Source: Gammaproteobacteria bacterium
GTDB lineage: Bacteria > Pseudomonadota > Gammaproteobacteria > G965277405
Direction: 5' to 3'
DNA length: 32,000 nt
Assembly (NCBI GenBank): GCA_965277405.1
Contig: OZ255726.1
Span: 1,129,123 to 1,161,122, forward strand
Under the pieces are notes generated by a model. It was not told the origin of the DNA. It ran no database searches and saw only the letters and a list, made by a program, of their open reading frames with translations. Of this stretch, positions 8,590 to 17,195 are shown in pieces. The translations under genes were made by a program, and so were the position numbers. The stretch's first letter is position 1, and each line of letters starts with the position of its first letter.

Positions 8590-9576
8590 ATGCAATACCC
8601 TCAAACTAGAATGCGCCGGCTACGCTCTGACGTATGGATACGGAAACTGGTACAACAAACATCGTTAAGCGTGCATGACTTTATCTACCCTGTATTCGTC
8701 CACTATGACCCAAACCATCGTCAGCCGATTGCCGCGCTGCCTGGGATTGAGCGGATGGGTAATACAGTGTTGCTGCGTCATTTGCAGCCATTGGTACGGC
8801 AAGGGTTGCTGGCGATTGCAATATTTCCTGTTATTGATGCTAACAAAAAATCAGCAGATGCTGCTGAGGCTTGGAACCCTAACGGATTGGTGCAACAAGC
8901 AGTCGTTAGTGTTAAAAAGCACTTTCCTCAACTTGGGGTGATTACTGATGTTGCCTTGGATCCGTATACCAGCCACGGTCAAGATGGGCTCATGGATGCG
9001 CATGGATATATCGTCAATGACAGCAGTTGCGATGTGTTAGTGAAACAGGCGTTGTCGCATGCAGATGCAGGTGCTGATATAGTTGCACCGTCTGATATGA
9101 TGGATGGGCGGATTGGGTTAATTCGCACTGCTTTGGAGGAACATGCGTATCCATTAGTTAAAATATTGGCATATAGTGCGAAATATGCATCAGCATATTA
9201 TGGACCGTTTCGCGCAGCGGTTGGTTCAGTACAAAGCCTTGCTGGTGCTAATAAATCAACGTACCAAATGGATATCGCCAACAGTGCCGAAGCGCTAAAG
9301 GAAATTCAATTAGATATCGATGAAGGCGCTGATATTGTTATGGTAAAACCGGCGCTACCGTATCTGGATATCATTCAGTCGGCACATAACATATTTAAAA
9401 CAACACCTGTGTTTGCATATCAAGTGAGTGGTGAGTATGCGCAACTCCAAGCTGCAATAGCCAATGGCTGGCTTGATGATGCGGCTATTGTCGAAGCATG
9501 TATGGCGATAAAGCGTGCGGGGGCGAGTGCAATGTTGAGTTACTTTACTCCGAAAATTTTTTCATTGCTGGCGTGA
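8590..9576 (+). CDS. hemB: Delta-aminolevulinic acid dehydratase (porphobilinogen synthase)
   Basis: MRRLRSDVWIRKLVQQTSLSVHDFIYPVFV..., DVALDPYTSHGQDG, DIVAPSDMMDGRI, KPALPYLDII, YQVSGEYAQLQAA. The longer upstream ORF start (8299) lies inside the repeat element. Confidence 0.95.
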   Translation: MQYPQTRMRRLRSDVWIRKLVQQTSLSVHDFIYPVFVHYDPNHRQPIAALPGIERMGNTVLLRHLQPLVRQGLLAIAIFPVIDANKKSADAAEAWNPNGLVQQAVVSVKKHFPQLGVITDVALDPYTSHGQDGLMDAHGYIVNDSSCDVLVKQALSHADAGADIVAPSDMMDGRIGLIRTALEEHAYPLVKILAYSAKYASAYYGPFRAAVGSVQSLAGANKSTYQMDIANSAEALKEIQLDIDEGADIVMVKPALPYLDIIQSAHNIFKTTPVFAYQVSGEYAQLQAAIANGWLDDAAIVEACMAIKRAGASAMLSYFTPKIFSLLA

Positions 9577-10604
9577 GTAGTTTGCATGCGCTAAATGACG
9601 TTATTATTTCTCAACAGAACACTCTGGCTGTTCCAGCAATAGCAGATGCGCTTGTGGTTGTGAGCCACTTGCAAGATGTCCAACAATTGCCAGCCTTACA
9701 AGAGCGTCTGCAGTTGCCAATACTGCTGCTCGGTAGTGGGAGTAACGTGGTATTACCACAACGGTTGCATCGGCTAGTTGTTAAGTTGGCTGTTGGCAAA
9801 ATGAGTGTTCACGCAGAAGATGATGCGTCGATCATCATTGATGTGGCAGCGGGCTATAACTGGCATCAACTCGTCTACACGGCGACACAACGCGGCTGGT
9901 TTGGTTTAGAGAAGTTAGCGCTTATTCCAGGGACTGTTGGTGCAGCTCCTTTGCAAAATATAGGCGCATATGGCGCATCATTTAGTGATTGTTGTGTGGC
10001 GGTAGAATATTATGATTTGCAGCAGCAAACGTGGTGTTGGCGTGCTAGTGAGCGTTGTGAATTTGGATATAGAACGAGTTGGTTTGCCCACCAACGTCAG
10101 TTGATAGTTACTCAAGTCAGGTTGCGATTAGCTAAATTTGCAGCTGCTATTCAGCCTGAATATCAGCAGTTGCGAGATAGGTGTGGTGACCAGCTTGCGC
10201 CGATGGATGTGTTGCATGCGGTCATTGCCTTGCGTACAAGAAAACTTCATGACCCGCAGCGCACCCCAAATGCTGGGAGTTTTTTTCACAATCCTGTTGT
10301 CGATGTGGCGATTGCAGAGAATATTTGCACTAGGTTTCCACAAATCAAATCACATGTTCGTCAACAACAAGTTGTTATCCCTGCAGCTGCACTTATTGAA
10401 CACGCTGGTCTCAAAGGTTTTTGCGATAGTGTGTACAATGGTGCTGCAGTGTCGGGGCGACACGCGCTGTGTCTTATCAATTGTGGCCATGCAACAGGGA
10501 ATGATTTTTTGCGACTTGCCAAGCACATCCAGCGCACAGTATTGGCGCAATTTGGGGTATTGTTGACGATAGAACCGCAGGTAATTCAGCCCGTCCAACA
10601 ATGA
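9573..10604 (+). CDS. murB: UDP-N-acetylenolpyruvoylglucosamine reductase; GTG start overlapping the hemB stop
   Basis: LLLGSGSNVVLP, GLEKLALIPGTVGAAPLQNIGAYG, GSFFHNPVV motifs of MurB. Confidence 0.92.
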   Translation: MSSLHALNDVIISQQNTLAVPAIADALVVVSHLQDVQQLPALQERLQLPILLLGSGSNVVLPQRLHRLVVKLAVGKMSVHAEDDASIIIDVAAGYNWHQLVYTATQRGWFGLEKLALIPGTVGAAPLQNIGAYGASFSDCCVAVEYYDLQQQTWCWRASERCEFGYRTSWFAHQRQLIVTQVRLRLAKFAAAIQPEYQQLRDRCGDQLAPMDVLHAVIALRTRKLHDPQRTPNAGSFFHNPVVDVAIAENICTRFPQIKSHVRQQQVVIPAAALIEHAGLKGFCDSVYNGAAVSGRHALCLINCGHATGNDFLRLAKHIQRTVLAQFGVLLTIEPQVIQPVQQ

Positions 10605-10632
10605 TGTAATCATAGGAGTAGCAGCAGATAAT

Positions 10633-11811
10633 ATGGCAGTATCGATACCAGCTTTTCCAGAGTTCTACACACATGAGTTTCGTACAGTTGTGGCAGCAAC
10701 GCATGTGCGGTATGCCAATCGTGACGATATGGTTATGATTGAATTACCCGATACTGCAACGATTGCTGGGGTATTTACGCTTAACGCATTTGCCGCGGCA
10801 CCTGTTAAGATATGTCGCAATCATATGCAGCGAGCAACAGCAAAATACCTCATCGTCAACTCTGGTAATGCGAATGCTGCCACAGGCGCCCAAGGGCTTG
10901 TCGCTGCGCAGGAGATTTTACAGCACTATGCCATTATGCTTGGATGTCATATTGAGCAAATCCTGCCGTTCTCTACAGGTGTGATTGGTGAGCAGTTGCC
11001 TATTGAGAAACTCAAACGTGGGTTTTCGTTGCCTATCGATTGGCGGCATAATGCTTGGCTACGCGCGACGCAGGCGATGATGACGACTGATACCCAAGCC
11101 AAAGCCGTATATTTACGCGATGGTGGTGTATATATTGCGGGAATTATAAAAGGGTCTGGCATGATTGAGCCACATATGGCAACCATGTTGGGGTTTTTAT
11201 TTACAAATATGACCGTAAATCAAGCAGATCTGCAGCAATTGCTGACGGAGGTTGTCGATGTTACTTTTCATTGTTTGACAATAGACAGTGATACATCAAC
11301 AAATGATAGTGTGATGCTTAGTGCAAGCAATACACAGCACATCAGTATGTCAAGGTTTTCCGTATTGCTCGAGCGTGCTTGTAGTCAATTGGCACAAATG
11401 GTGGCGCGAGATGGCGAAGGCGCGAGCAAGTTTATAACTGTGCAAGTATACGGTGAGGCACACCAGCAAGCTCGCAGTATTGGCAAAGCAGTGGCGAATT
11501 CACCATTAGTAAAAACTGCGCTGTTTGCTAGCGACCCGAATTGGGGAAGAATTATTATGGCCGTTGGCAAAGCTGGTGTGAATATCGACCAACGCTTGGT
11601 AGATATTTGGATAAATAATGCCTGTGTTGTCACAGCTGGCATGCAGGCAGCAAGCTATAGTGAAGCTATCGGTCAAAAGTTGTTACAGCAAGAAGACATT
11701 ACCATTGATATTTATATGCGAGGCAAAGGAACCCAGCCCCCGAGCGCGCGTATTTGGACATGCGATTTGTCTCATGAATACGTACGGATAAATGCTGAGT
11801 ACCGCAGCTAG
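10633..11811 (+). CDS. argJ: Bifunctional glutamate N-acetyltransferase / ornithine acetyltransferase
   Basis: LIVNSGNANAATGAQG, FSTGVIGEQLP, IIKGSGMIEPHMATMLGFLFTN (autocleavage site T-M-L), SPLVKTALFASDPNWGRI. Confidence 0.93.
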   Translation: MAVSIPAFPEFYTHEFRTVVAATHVRYANRDDMVMIELPDTATIAGVFTLNAFAAAPVKICRNHMQRATAKYLIVNSGNANAATGAQGLVAAQEILQHYAIMLGCHIEQILPFSTGVIGEQLPIEKLKRGFSLPIDWRHNAWLRATQAMMTTDTQAKAVYLRDGGVYIAGIIKGSGMIEPHMATMLGFLFTNMTVNQADLQQLLTEVVDVTFHCLTIDSDTSTNDSVMLSASNTQHISMSRFSVLLERACSQLAQMVARDGEGASKFITVQVYGEAHQQARSIGKAVANSPLVKTALFASDPNWGRIIMAVGKAGVNIDQRLVDIWINNACVVTAGMQAASYSEAIGQKLLQQEDITIDIYMRGKGTQPPSARIWTCDLSHEYVRINAEYRS

Positions 11812-11844
11812 TATGTTGCATAGCCTCAAGCGTGTTCTTTTCCC

Positions 11845-14421
11845 ATGAGCACATTCTCGCTGAGCAATCATACGCCGATGATGCAGCAGTATTTGTCGAT
11901 AAAAGCCGCGCACCCCGATACGCTGTTGTTGTATCGCATGGGCGATTTCTACGAGCTATTCTTTGAAGATGCACAACGTGCCGCTGATTTGCTTGGGATT
12001 ACCTTAACCCATCGCGGCAAATCGAATGGCAAACCTATTCCGATGGCTGGCGTTCCGTTTCATGCTATCGATCGATATTTAAGCACCCTAGTAAAACTCG
12101 GTGAAACAGTGGCAATTTGCGAGCAAATTGGTAGTCCTGGCAACAGCAAAGGCCCTGTTGAGCGTAAGGTTGTGCGCATAATTACTCCAGGAACCTTGAC
12201 TGACGAGAGTTTGTTAGAAGCGCACCAACGCAATGTTTTGGTTGCAATATATCCGTATGGTGACACGCAATCTGCTTGGGGTTTGGCGAGTATTGCGTTG
12301 AGTGAAGGGGTTATTTTTGTGATGCATACCAGTGATCTTGTCAATGAACTGGCACGTATTAAGCCTGTCGAAATCTTGTATCCAGAAGAAGCGAAAATTG
12401 ATAGCAATTGGTACGCTGCATCATGGAAAAAACTGCACCAGTGGCATTTTGATGGAAATCAAGCCGTTGCTGAGCTAAGCAAACATTTCGGGGTTGCCGA
12501 CTTGCATTCATTTGGGTGCTTGGAGGTGCCACAAGCATTGGTTGCATGCGGTGCGCTGTGGTTTTATATTGTTGATACACAACGCCACGAAATATCCCAT
12601 ATCCACGATATTGTTGTCGAACAAACTAATGCGTATGTTTTGCTCGATGCAGCAACGCGGCGTAACTTAGAAATTGACGTGAATTTGCGCGGTGGCAGTG
12701 CAGCAACCTTGGTCGGCGTCGTTGATAAAACTGTAACAGGAATGGGTGCACGGCTATTACGCCAATGGCTGCACCAACCATTACGAGATCAACAACAAGT
12801 AACTGCAAGACATCAGGCTGTAGGCGCATTGATAGCCCAACAATGGTCTGGAGATGTTCGTGCAGAAATGCGAAAATGTGGCGATATCGAGCGGATTTGT
12901 GCACGCCTTGCGTTGGCAACCATCCGTCCGCGTGACTTTTTAAAACTCGCTGAGTCGTTGGCTGTTTTACCCGAGTTGATCGCAGTATTCGATGCATCAC
13001 CTCCAGGCTTATTGGGCGATGTCATCAACCAAATTGATGTTTTGGAAAAATTAACGGTATTACTGCATTCAGCAATAGATACGCATACACCAATGTTGTT
13101 GCGTGATGGTGGCGTGATCGCCACCGGGTATGACCGGGATTTGGACGGGTTGCGTAATCTGAGCGCAAATACCAATGAATACCTTGCCAAATATGAATTG
13201 CGCGAAAAGCAGCGGACCGGCATCCAAACATTGAAGGTGGGCTATAATTCTGTGCATGGGTATTATATTGAAATTGGTAAGGCACAACAAGCAGCAATCC
13301 CAGATGATTATCGCCGGCGGCAGACACTAAAAAATTATGAGCGATACATCACTCCAGAGCTTAAGGAATATGAAGATAAGATTGTAGGTGCGAGTCAACG
13401 GGCGTTGCAACGCGAAAAAGAGCTGTATACCCAGCTGATTGAGCGCAGTTTATCAGATTTAACTGCGCTACAGAGCAATGCGCGGGTGATCGCGGTGCTC
13501 GATGTTCTAGCAAGTTTTGCTGTATGTGCTGAAGAGAAACAATGGGCATGTCCAGAAATGACGGTTGCTGGACAGGTTACTATTCGTCAAGGGCGCCACC
13601 CTGTAGTTGAAGCACAACTTGGCAAAACATTTGTAGCCAATGATTGCGTGTTACACCAGAAAGAAAAAATGTGGTTGATTACTGGTCCCAATATGGGAGG
13701 AAAATCAACATTTATGCGGCAAGTGGCAGTGACTGTGCTGTTGGCATATTGTGGTTGTTGGGTTCCTGCTAGTTCAGCAACAATTGGTCCGATCGATAGA
13801 ATCTTCACGCGGATAGGTGCGGCTGATGATTTGGCTGGTGGGCGTTCTACGTTCATGGTGGAAATGATTGAGTCAGCAGAGATTTTGCGTCATGCTACCC
13901 GCGATAGTTTAGTGTTGCTCGATGAAATTGGCCGCGGCACGAGTACCTTTGACGGGCTCGCGTTGGCATGGTCCATTGCTAGCCACATTGCCAACTCTAT
14001 ACAGGCGTATGCCTTATTTGCGACCCATTATTTTGAATTGACGCAATTGCCAACTATTGCCCCAACTGTAGTAAACATGCACGTAGCGGCTAAAGAGCAT
14101 AAAGATCAAATTATCTTTTTGTATCAATTACGCCAAGGACCAGCTGGGCAAAGTTACGGGCTGCAAGTCGCAAAACTGGCTGGTATTCCAGCCGTTGTCG
14201 TCAAAGAAGCCAAGCAGTACTTGCAAGTTTTGCAACAATCACAGCCAGCAAATGAAACGATGTCTACTGTAGATTATGTTGATGATACAGTAGCTGAACC
14301 GGCGGCAATTGCTGCGTTGATTGCTGAGCTGGCATTGACAAGTCCAGATACATTGACTCCAAAACAAGCACATGATTTGCTGTACACATTGCAACAGCGA
14401 GCACTGCGTTGTATTGAGTAA
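11845..14421 (+). CDS. mutS: DNA mismatch repair protein MutS
   Basis: [32 protein letters not shown], Walker [46 protein letters not shown]. Confidence 0.98.
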   Translation: MSTFSLSNHTPMMQQYLSIKAAHPDTLLLYRMGDFYELFFEDAQRAADLLGITLTHRGKSNGKPIPMAGVPFHAIDRYLSTLVKLGETVAICEQIGSPGNSKGPVERKVVRIITPGTLTDESLLEAHQRNVLVAIYPYGDTQSAWGLASIALSEGVIFVMHTSDLVNELARIKPVEILYPEEAKIDSNWYAASWKKLHQWHFDGNQAVAELSKHFGVADLHSFGCLEVPQALVACGALWFYIVDTQRHEISHIHDIVVEQTNAYVLLDAATRRNLEIDVNLRGGSAATLVGVVDKTVTGMGARLLRQWLHQPLRDQQQVTARHQAVGALIAQQWSGDVRAEMRKCGDIERICARLALATIRPRDFLKLAESLAVLPELIAVFDASPPGLLGDVINQIDVLEKLTVLLHSAIDTHTPMLLRDGGVIATGYDRDLDGLRNLSANTNEYLAKYELREKQRTGIQTLKVGYNSVHGYYIEIGKAQQAAIPDDYRRRQTLKNYERYITPELKEYEDKIVGASQRALQREKELYTQLIERSLSDLTALQSNARVIAVLDVLASFAVCAEEKQWACPEMTVAGQVTIRQGRHPVVEAQLGKTFVANDCVLHQKEKMWLITGPNMGGKSTFMRQVAVTVLLAYCGCWVPASSATIGPIDRIFTRIGAADDLAGGRSTFMVEMIESAEILRHATRDSLVLLDEIGRGTSTFDGLALAWSIASHIANSIQAYALFATHYFELTQLPTIAPTVVNMHVAAKEHKDQIIFLYQLRQGPAGQSYGLQVAKLAGIPAVVVKEAKQYLQVLQQSQPANETMSTVDYVDDTVAEPAAIAALIAELALTSPDTLTPKQAHDLLYTLQQRALRCIE

Positions 14422-14435
14422 AACTGTTATGAACC

Positions 14436-14731
14436 CTCTGATTAATTCCATGATGGCCGAGACGAAAAAAAACGCTGATGACACTTAAGCGCAGCACTTG
14501 ATAATACTGGTGGTCTTGTGGGTGTTGTCAAGTACTGCAACGACGTTGGCGCAGCGTTTTTTCCCGGAGTTGTGTTGAATATACTTTGGGTTTGCGGCAA
14601 TTGCTTACGCTTGCTGTGTTGCATCCATTGGCGGATATGCTACAGCATGCGCCTGCGGAATGCTCGCGGTTTGCGCCTTGCGATCATCAGCAATTGCAGG
14701 CAAACTCGTTCCATCAGCGAGTTAACCAGAG
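14436..14731. repeat. Dispersed TIR element, copy 3 (MITE-like), between convergent mutS and pmbA
   Basis: Begins CTCTGATTAA and ends TTAACCAGAG. Internal GAAAAAAAACGCTG ... CAGCGTTTTTTCCCG. Shares GTTGTGTTGAATATACTTTGGGTTTGCGG and CTTGCTGTGTTGCATCCATTGGCGGATATGCTAC. Confidence 0.87.
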
Positions 14732-14736
14732 CTCCC

Positions 14737-16068
14737 TTATGCTCCTATAGTAAAACCATGAATCAGTATTGAACCTGTATGGATGGAGCTACGAGTGTCG
14801 ATATCATTACCATGTGCTTGGATGCCCGCAAAGATATCAATCAAATTTGCAGCCAAGGTGATCTCTTCGACAGCATGCGTGATTTTCCCTGCGGAAATCC
14901 ATTTGCCACTCGCGCCAAAAGAAATATCACCAGTGAGCGTGTTGGCACCTTGACCCATGATATCCGTACATAAAAAACCTGTGTGACATTGCTCCACGAG
15001 GGCGTCGAAGTTTGTTATGTGGTCACTTTCAATTGAAATAACACCAATATAACCGCCGTTACCAGTTGGTTTGGTGTTGCATTTGCGTGCATACACGATG
15101 TTAAATAAAAACTGTTTGAGGATGCCGTTTTCAATAATAGTTTTGTCTTGCGTGGCGATGCCATCTTGATCGTACCATGCGCTCCCGCTGATGCCACGCT
15201 GGTGGCATTGTTCGTGAACCTGTAGCCATGGTGGAAATATTTGTTTGCCAATTTTATCGATTAAAAAACTAGATTGTTTGAATAGATGTTTGCCATGACA
15301 GGCGCTCAGTAGTTGCCGCCAAACCATCTGTGCTACATCAGCATGCAGCAGCACAGGGTATGTGCCAGATGTTATTGTATGCGGTTGCAGTTTATCTAGC
15401 GCCTTATGCGCCGCATTGGTTGCGATAGCACTGCTGAATGGCATTTTAGTAACGTCGTGGTGCGTCACATAGTCGTAGGCAATTTGCTTTTTACCCGCGC
15501 TTGCAGCAATAACTGCACAAGAGGCTGAATATTGTGTTTGTTGCGTTTGTTGTGCCCAGCCGTGGCTGTTAAAAATCATTGTGGACTCGTTAGACTGGCT
15601 AAATGTACATTGCTCAACGCTAATACGATTATCGACGTTTGTAGCTGTACGTTCTAGTTGATTGCAGTAATCAATAGCTTGTGATGTAGACAAAGACGCA
15701 GGGTGATACAAGTCAAAGGAATTGTTGTGTATATCACGTTGTTTGGCTAAATACGTAAGTTCAGGTAACGCATAGTGGTGGTCTGCTTGGTTAAGTTCGG
15801 CTTGGCGGATGGTTTGCAGCAACAACGAATGCAGCGTATCAGCATCAATTTGATTGCTGTGTGAAACACTATGTCGACCATCACTAATAACCGTAACCGC
15901 AACAGCATATTCGTCAAAATCTTCCAGCTGTTCCAGTTGCAGATTTCTGGTTTCAATGTTTGTTCCACATTCATGGGAAATCACGATTTGGCATTGAACA
16001 CCATGTTCATTGGCAAGAGCGATAGTTTTCTCTGAGTTACTAATGATAGTTGCAATAGTATGATGCAT
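14737..16068 (-). CDS. pmbA: TldE/PmbA-family metalloprotease component
   Basis: YARKCNTKPTGNGG, GANTLTGDISFGASGKWISAGKITHAVEEITLAANLIDIFAGI...GSILIHGFTI typical of PmbA/TldE C-terminus. Confidence 0.9.
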   Translation of the reverse strand: MHHTIATIISNSEKTIALANEHGVQCQIVISHECGTNIETRNLQLEQLEDFDEYAVAVTVISDGRHSVSHSNQIDADTLHSLLLQTIRQAELNQADHHYALPELTYLAKQRDIHNNSFDLYHPASLSTSQAIDYCNQLERTATNVDNRISVEQCTFSQSNESTMIFNSHGWAQQTQQTQYSASCAVIAASAGKKQIAYDYVTHHDVTKMPFSSAIATNAAHKALDKLQPHTITSGTYPVLLHADVAQMVWRQLLSACHGKHLFKQSSFLIDKIGKQIFPPWLQVHEQCHQRGISGSAWYDQDGIATQDKTIIENGILKQFLFNIVYARKCNTKPTGNGGYIGVISIESDHITNFDALVEQCHTGFLCTDIMGQGANTLTGDISFGASGKWISAGKITHAVEEITLAANLIDIFAGIQAHGNDIDTRSSIHTGSILIHGFTIGA

Positions 16069-16400
16069 GGTGATTTGCGAAGTCTAGTGGGGAAATAAGT
16101 TTGCGGATAAATTGTACTGATTGTAAGGTGAATTCACAAGCAGGTATTGGGCTGCGTTGTTTGCAACTAAACAACCTTCACGTTTACTACTCCTAACAAC
16201 CGCTGTAACCCATTGTAATTTATTTATAAATAGGATATAAAAGAGAGTAAGAGTTGCGCTATGGACGAATTGGCAATTATATGTTACTCAGCAACTGCCA
16301 ATAAATAACATAATAATGTAACTATCGCATTACTAAATATAACAAGACGATAACTATATATACGACCATCGCATTTTAGGACCACTACGAATCTTGTTTC

Positions 16401-17105
16401 ATGCGACTAAACTATAAATTTCAACATGCCGTGCTGCATGGCATAGCTGATAAATTACGTAATGTTCGACTGTTTGCTATAATAAGCGCAGGTTTTTTGG
16501 GATTGGTTTCAGGTTGTTCATTGCTTGGTCTTGCTGATGGTGCGGAAAATACGACGCCTGCTGACTCGTTGGCTCAATTATTAGGTAATCAGCTCGGCCA
16601 ACAAAAAACCAATCAACGGGTTTCAGCTGCTTCTATATATGGTGAGAAAGGCATTATTTTATATGATCCTTTAGGGAATGGTACGGATTTCGTGTTGGAC
16701 CCATCTGGGCGGATTGTGAAATCTGATTTAGACGCGGCAGAAACAGGATTAGAAATTAACGATTTGGAACGACGTTTTTTTCGTTCCAACAAGCATCTGA
16801 TTGATGCCGAAAGTTTATTTTATTCTGGTTTGTACGAAGAAGCACTCAACGAAACAAAAGCATCAATTGAGCTTACTCCGCGTTCAGCAAAAGCTTATGC
16901 AATAAAAGGTTCATTGGAATATAAGCTTGGGCGGCTAGAGCGTGCTAGAGCAGCTTGGATGGTTGCATTAAAGCTTGACCCAAAGATGAAAAGCGTGTCA
17001 CGCGCCCTCTATTTAACTTCTATTCCTGATGCAAATCAAAGAATAGCTGCAACAAGTGGCAGCACGGATAGCGCAGTAGTAGTTGGTGGGGGCACAGAAC
17101 AGTAA
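16401..17105 (+). CDS. TPR-containing lipoprotein, first gene of the motor-like cluster
   Basis: Lipobox-like GLVSGCS; tandem TPR-like segments (LIDAESLFYSGLYEEALNETKASIELTPRSAKAYAIKGSLEYKLGRLERARAAWMVALKLDP). Confidence 0.75.
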   Translation: MRLNYKFQHAVLHGIADKLRNVRLFAIISAGFLGLVSGCSLLGLADGAENTTPADSLAQLLGNQLGQQKTNQRVSAASIYGEKGIILYDPLGNGTDFVLDPSGRIVKSDLDAAETGLEINDLERRFFRSNKHLIDAESLFYSGLYEEALNETKASIELTPRSAKAYAIKGSLEYKLGRLERARAAWMVALKLDPKMKSVSRALYLTSIPDANQRIAATSGSTDSAVVVGGGTEQ

Positions 17106-17195
17106 TAATAATGAAAAATAATATTGCAGAGCATCCGTACATCTTATTCGGAAAGAGTCCGTGAATCTCATGCTTGATCAACTCCGTTTTTTATT

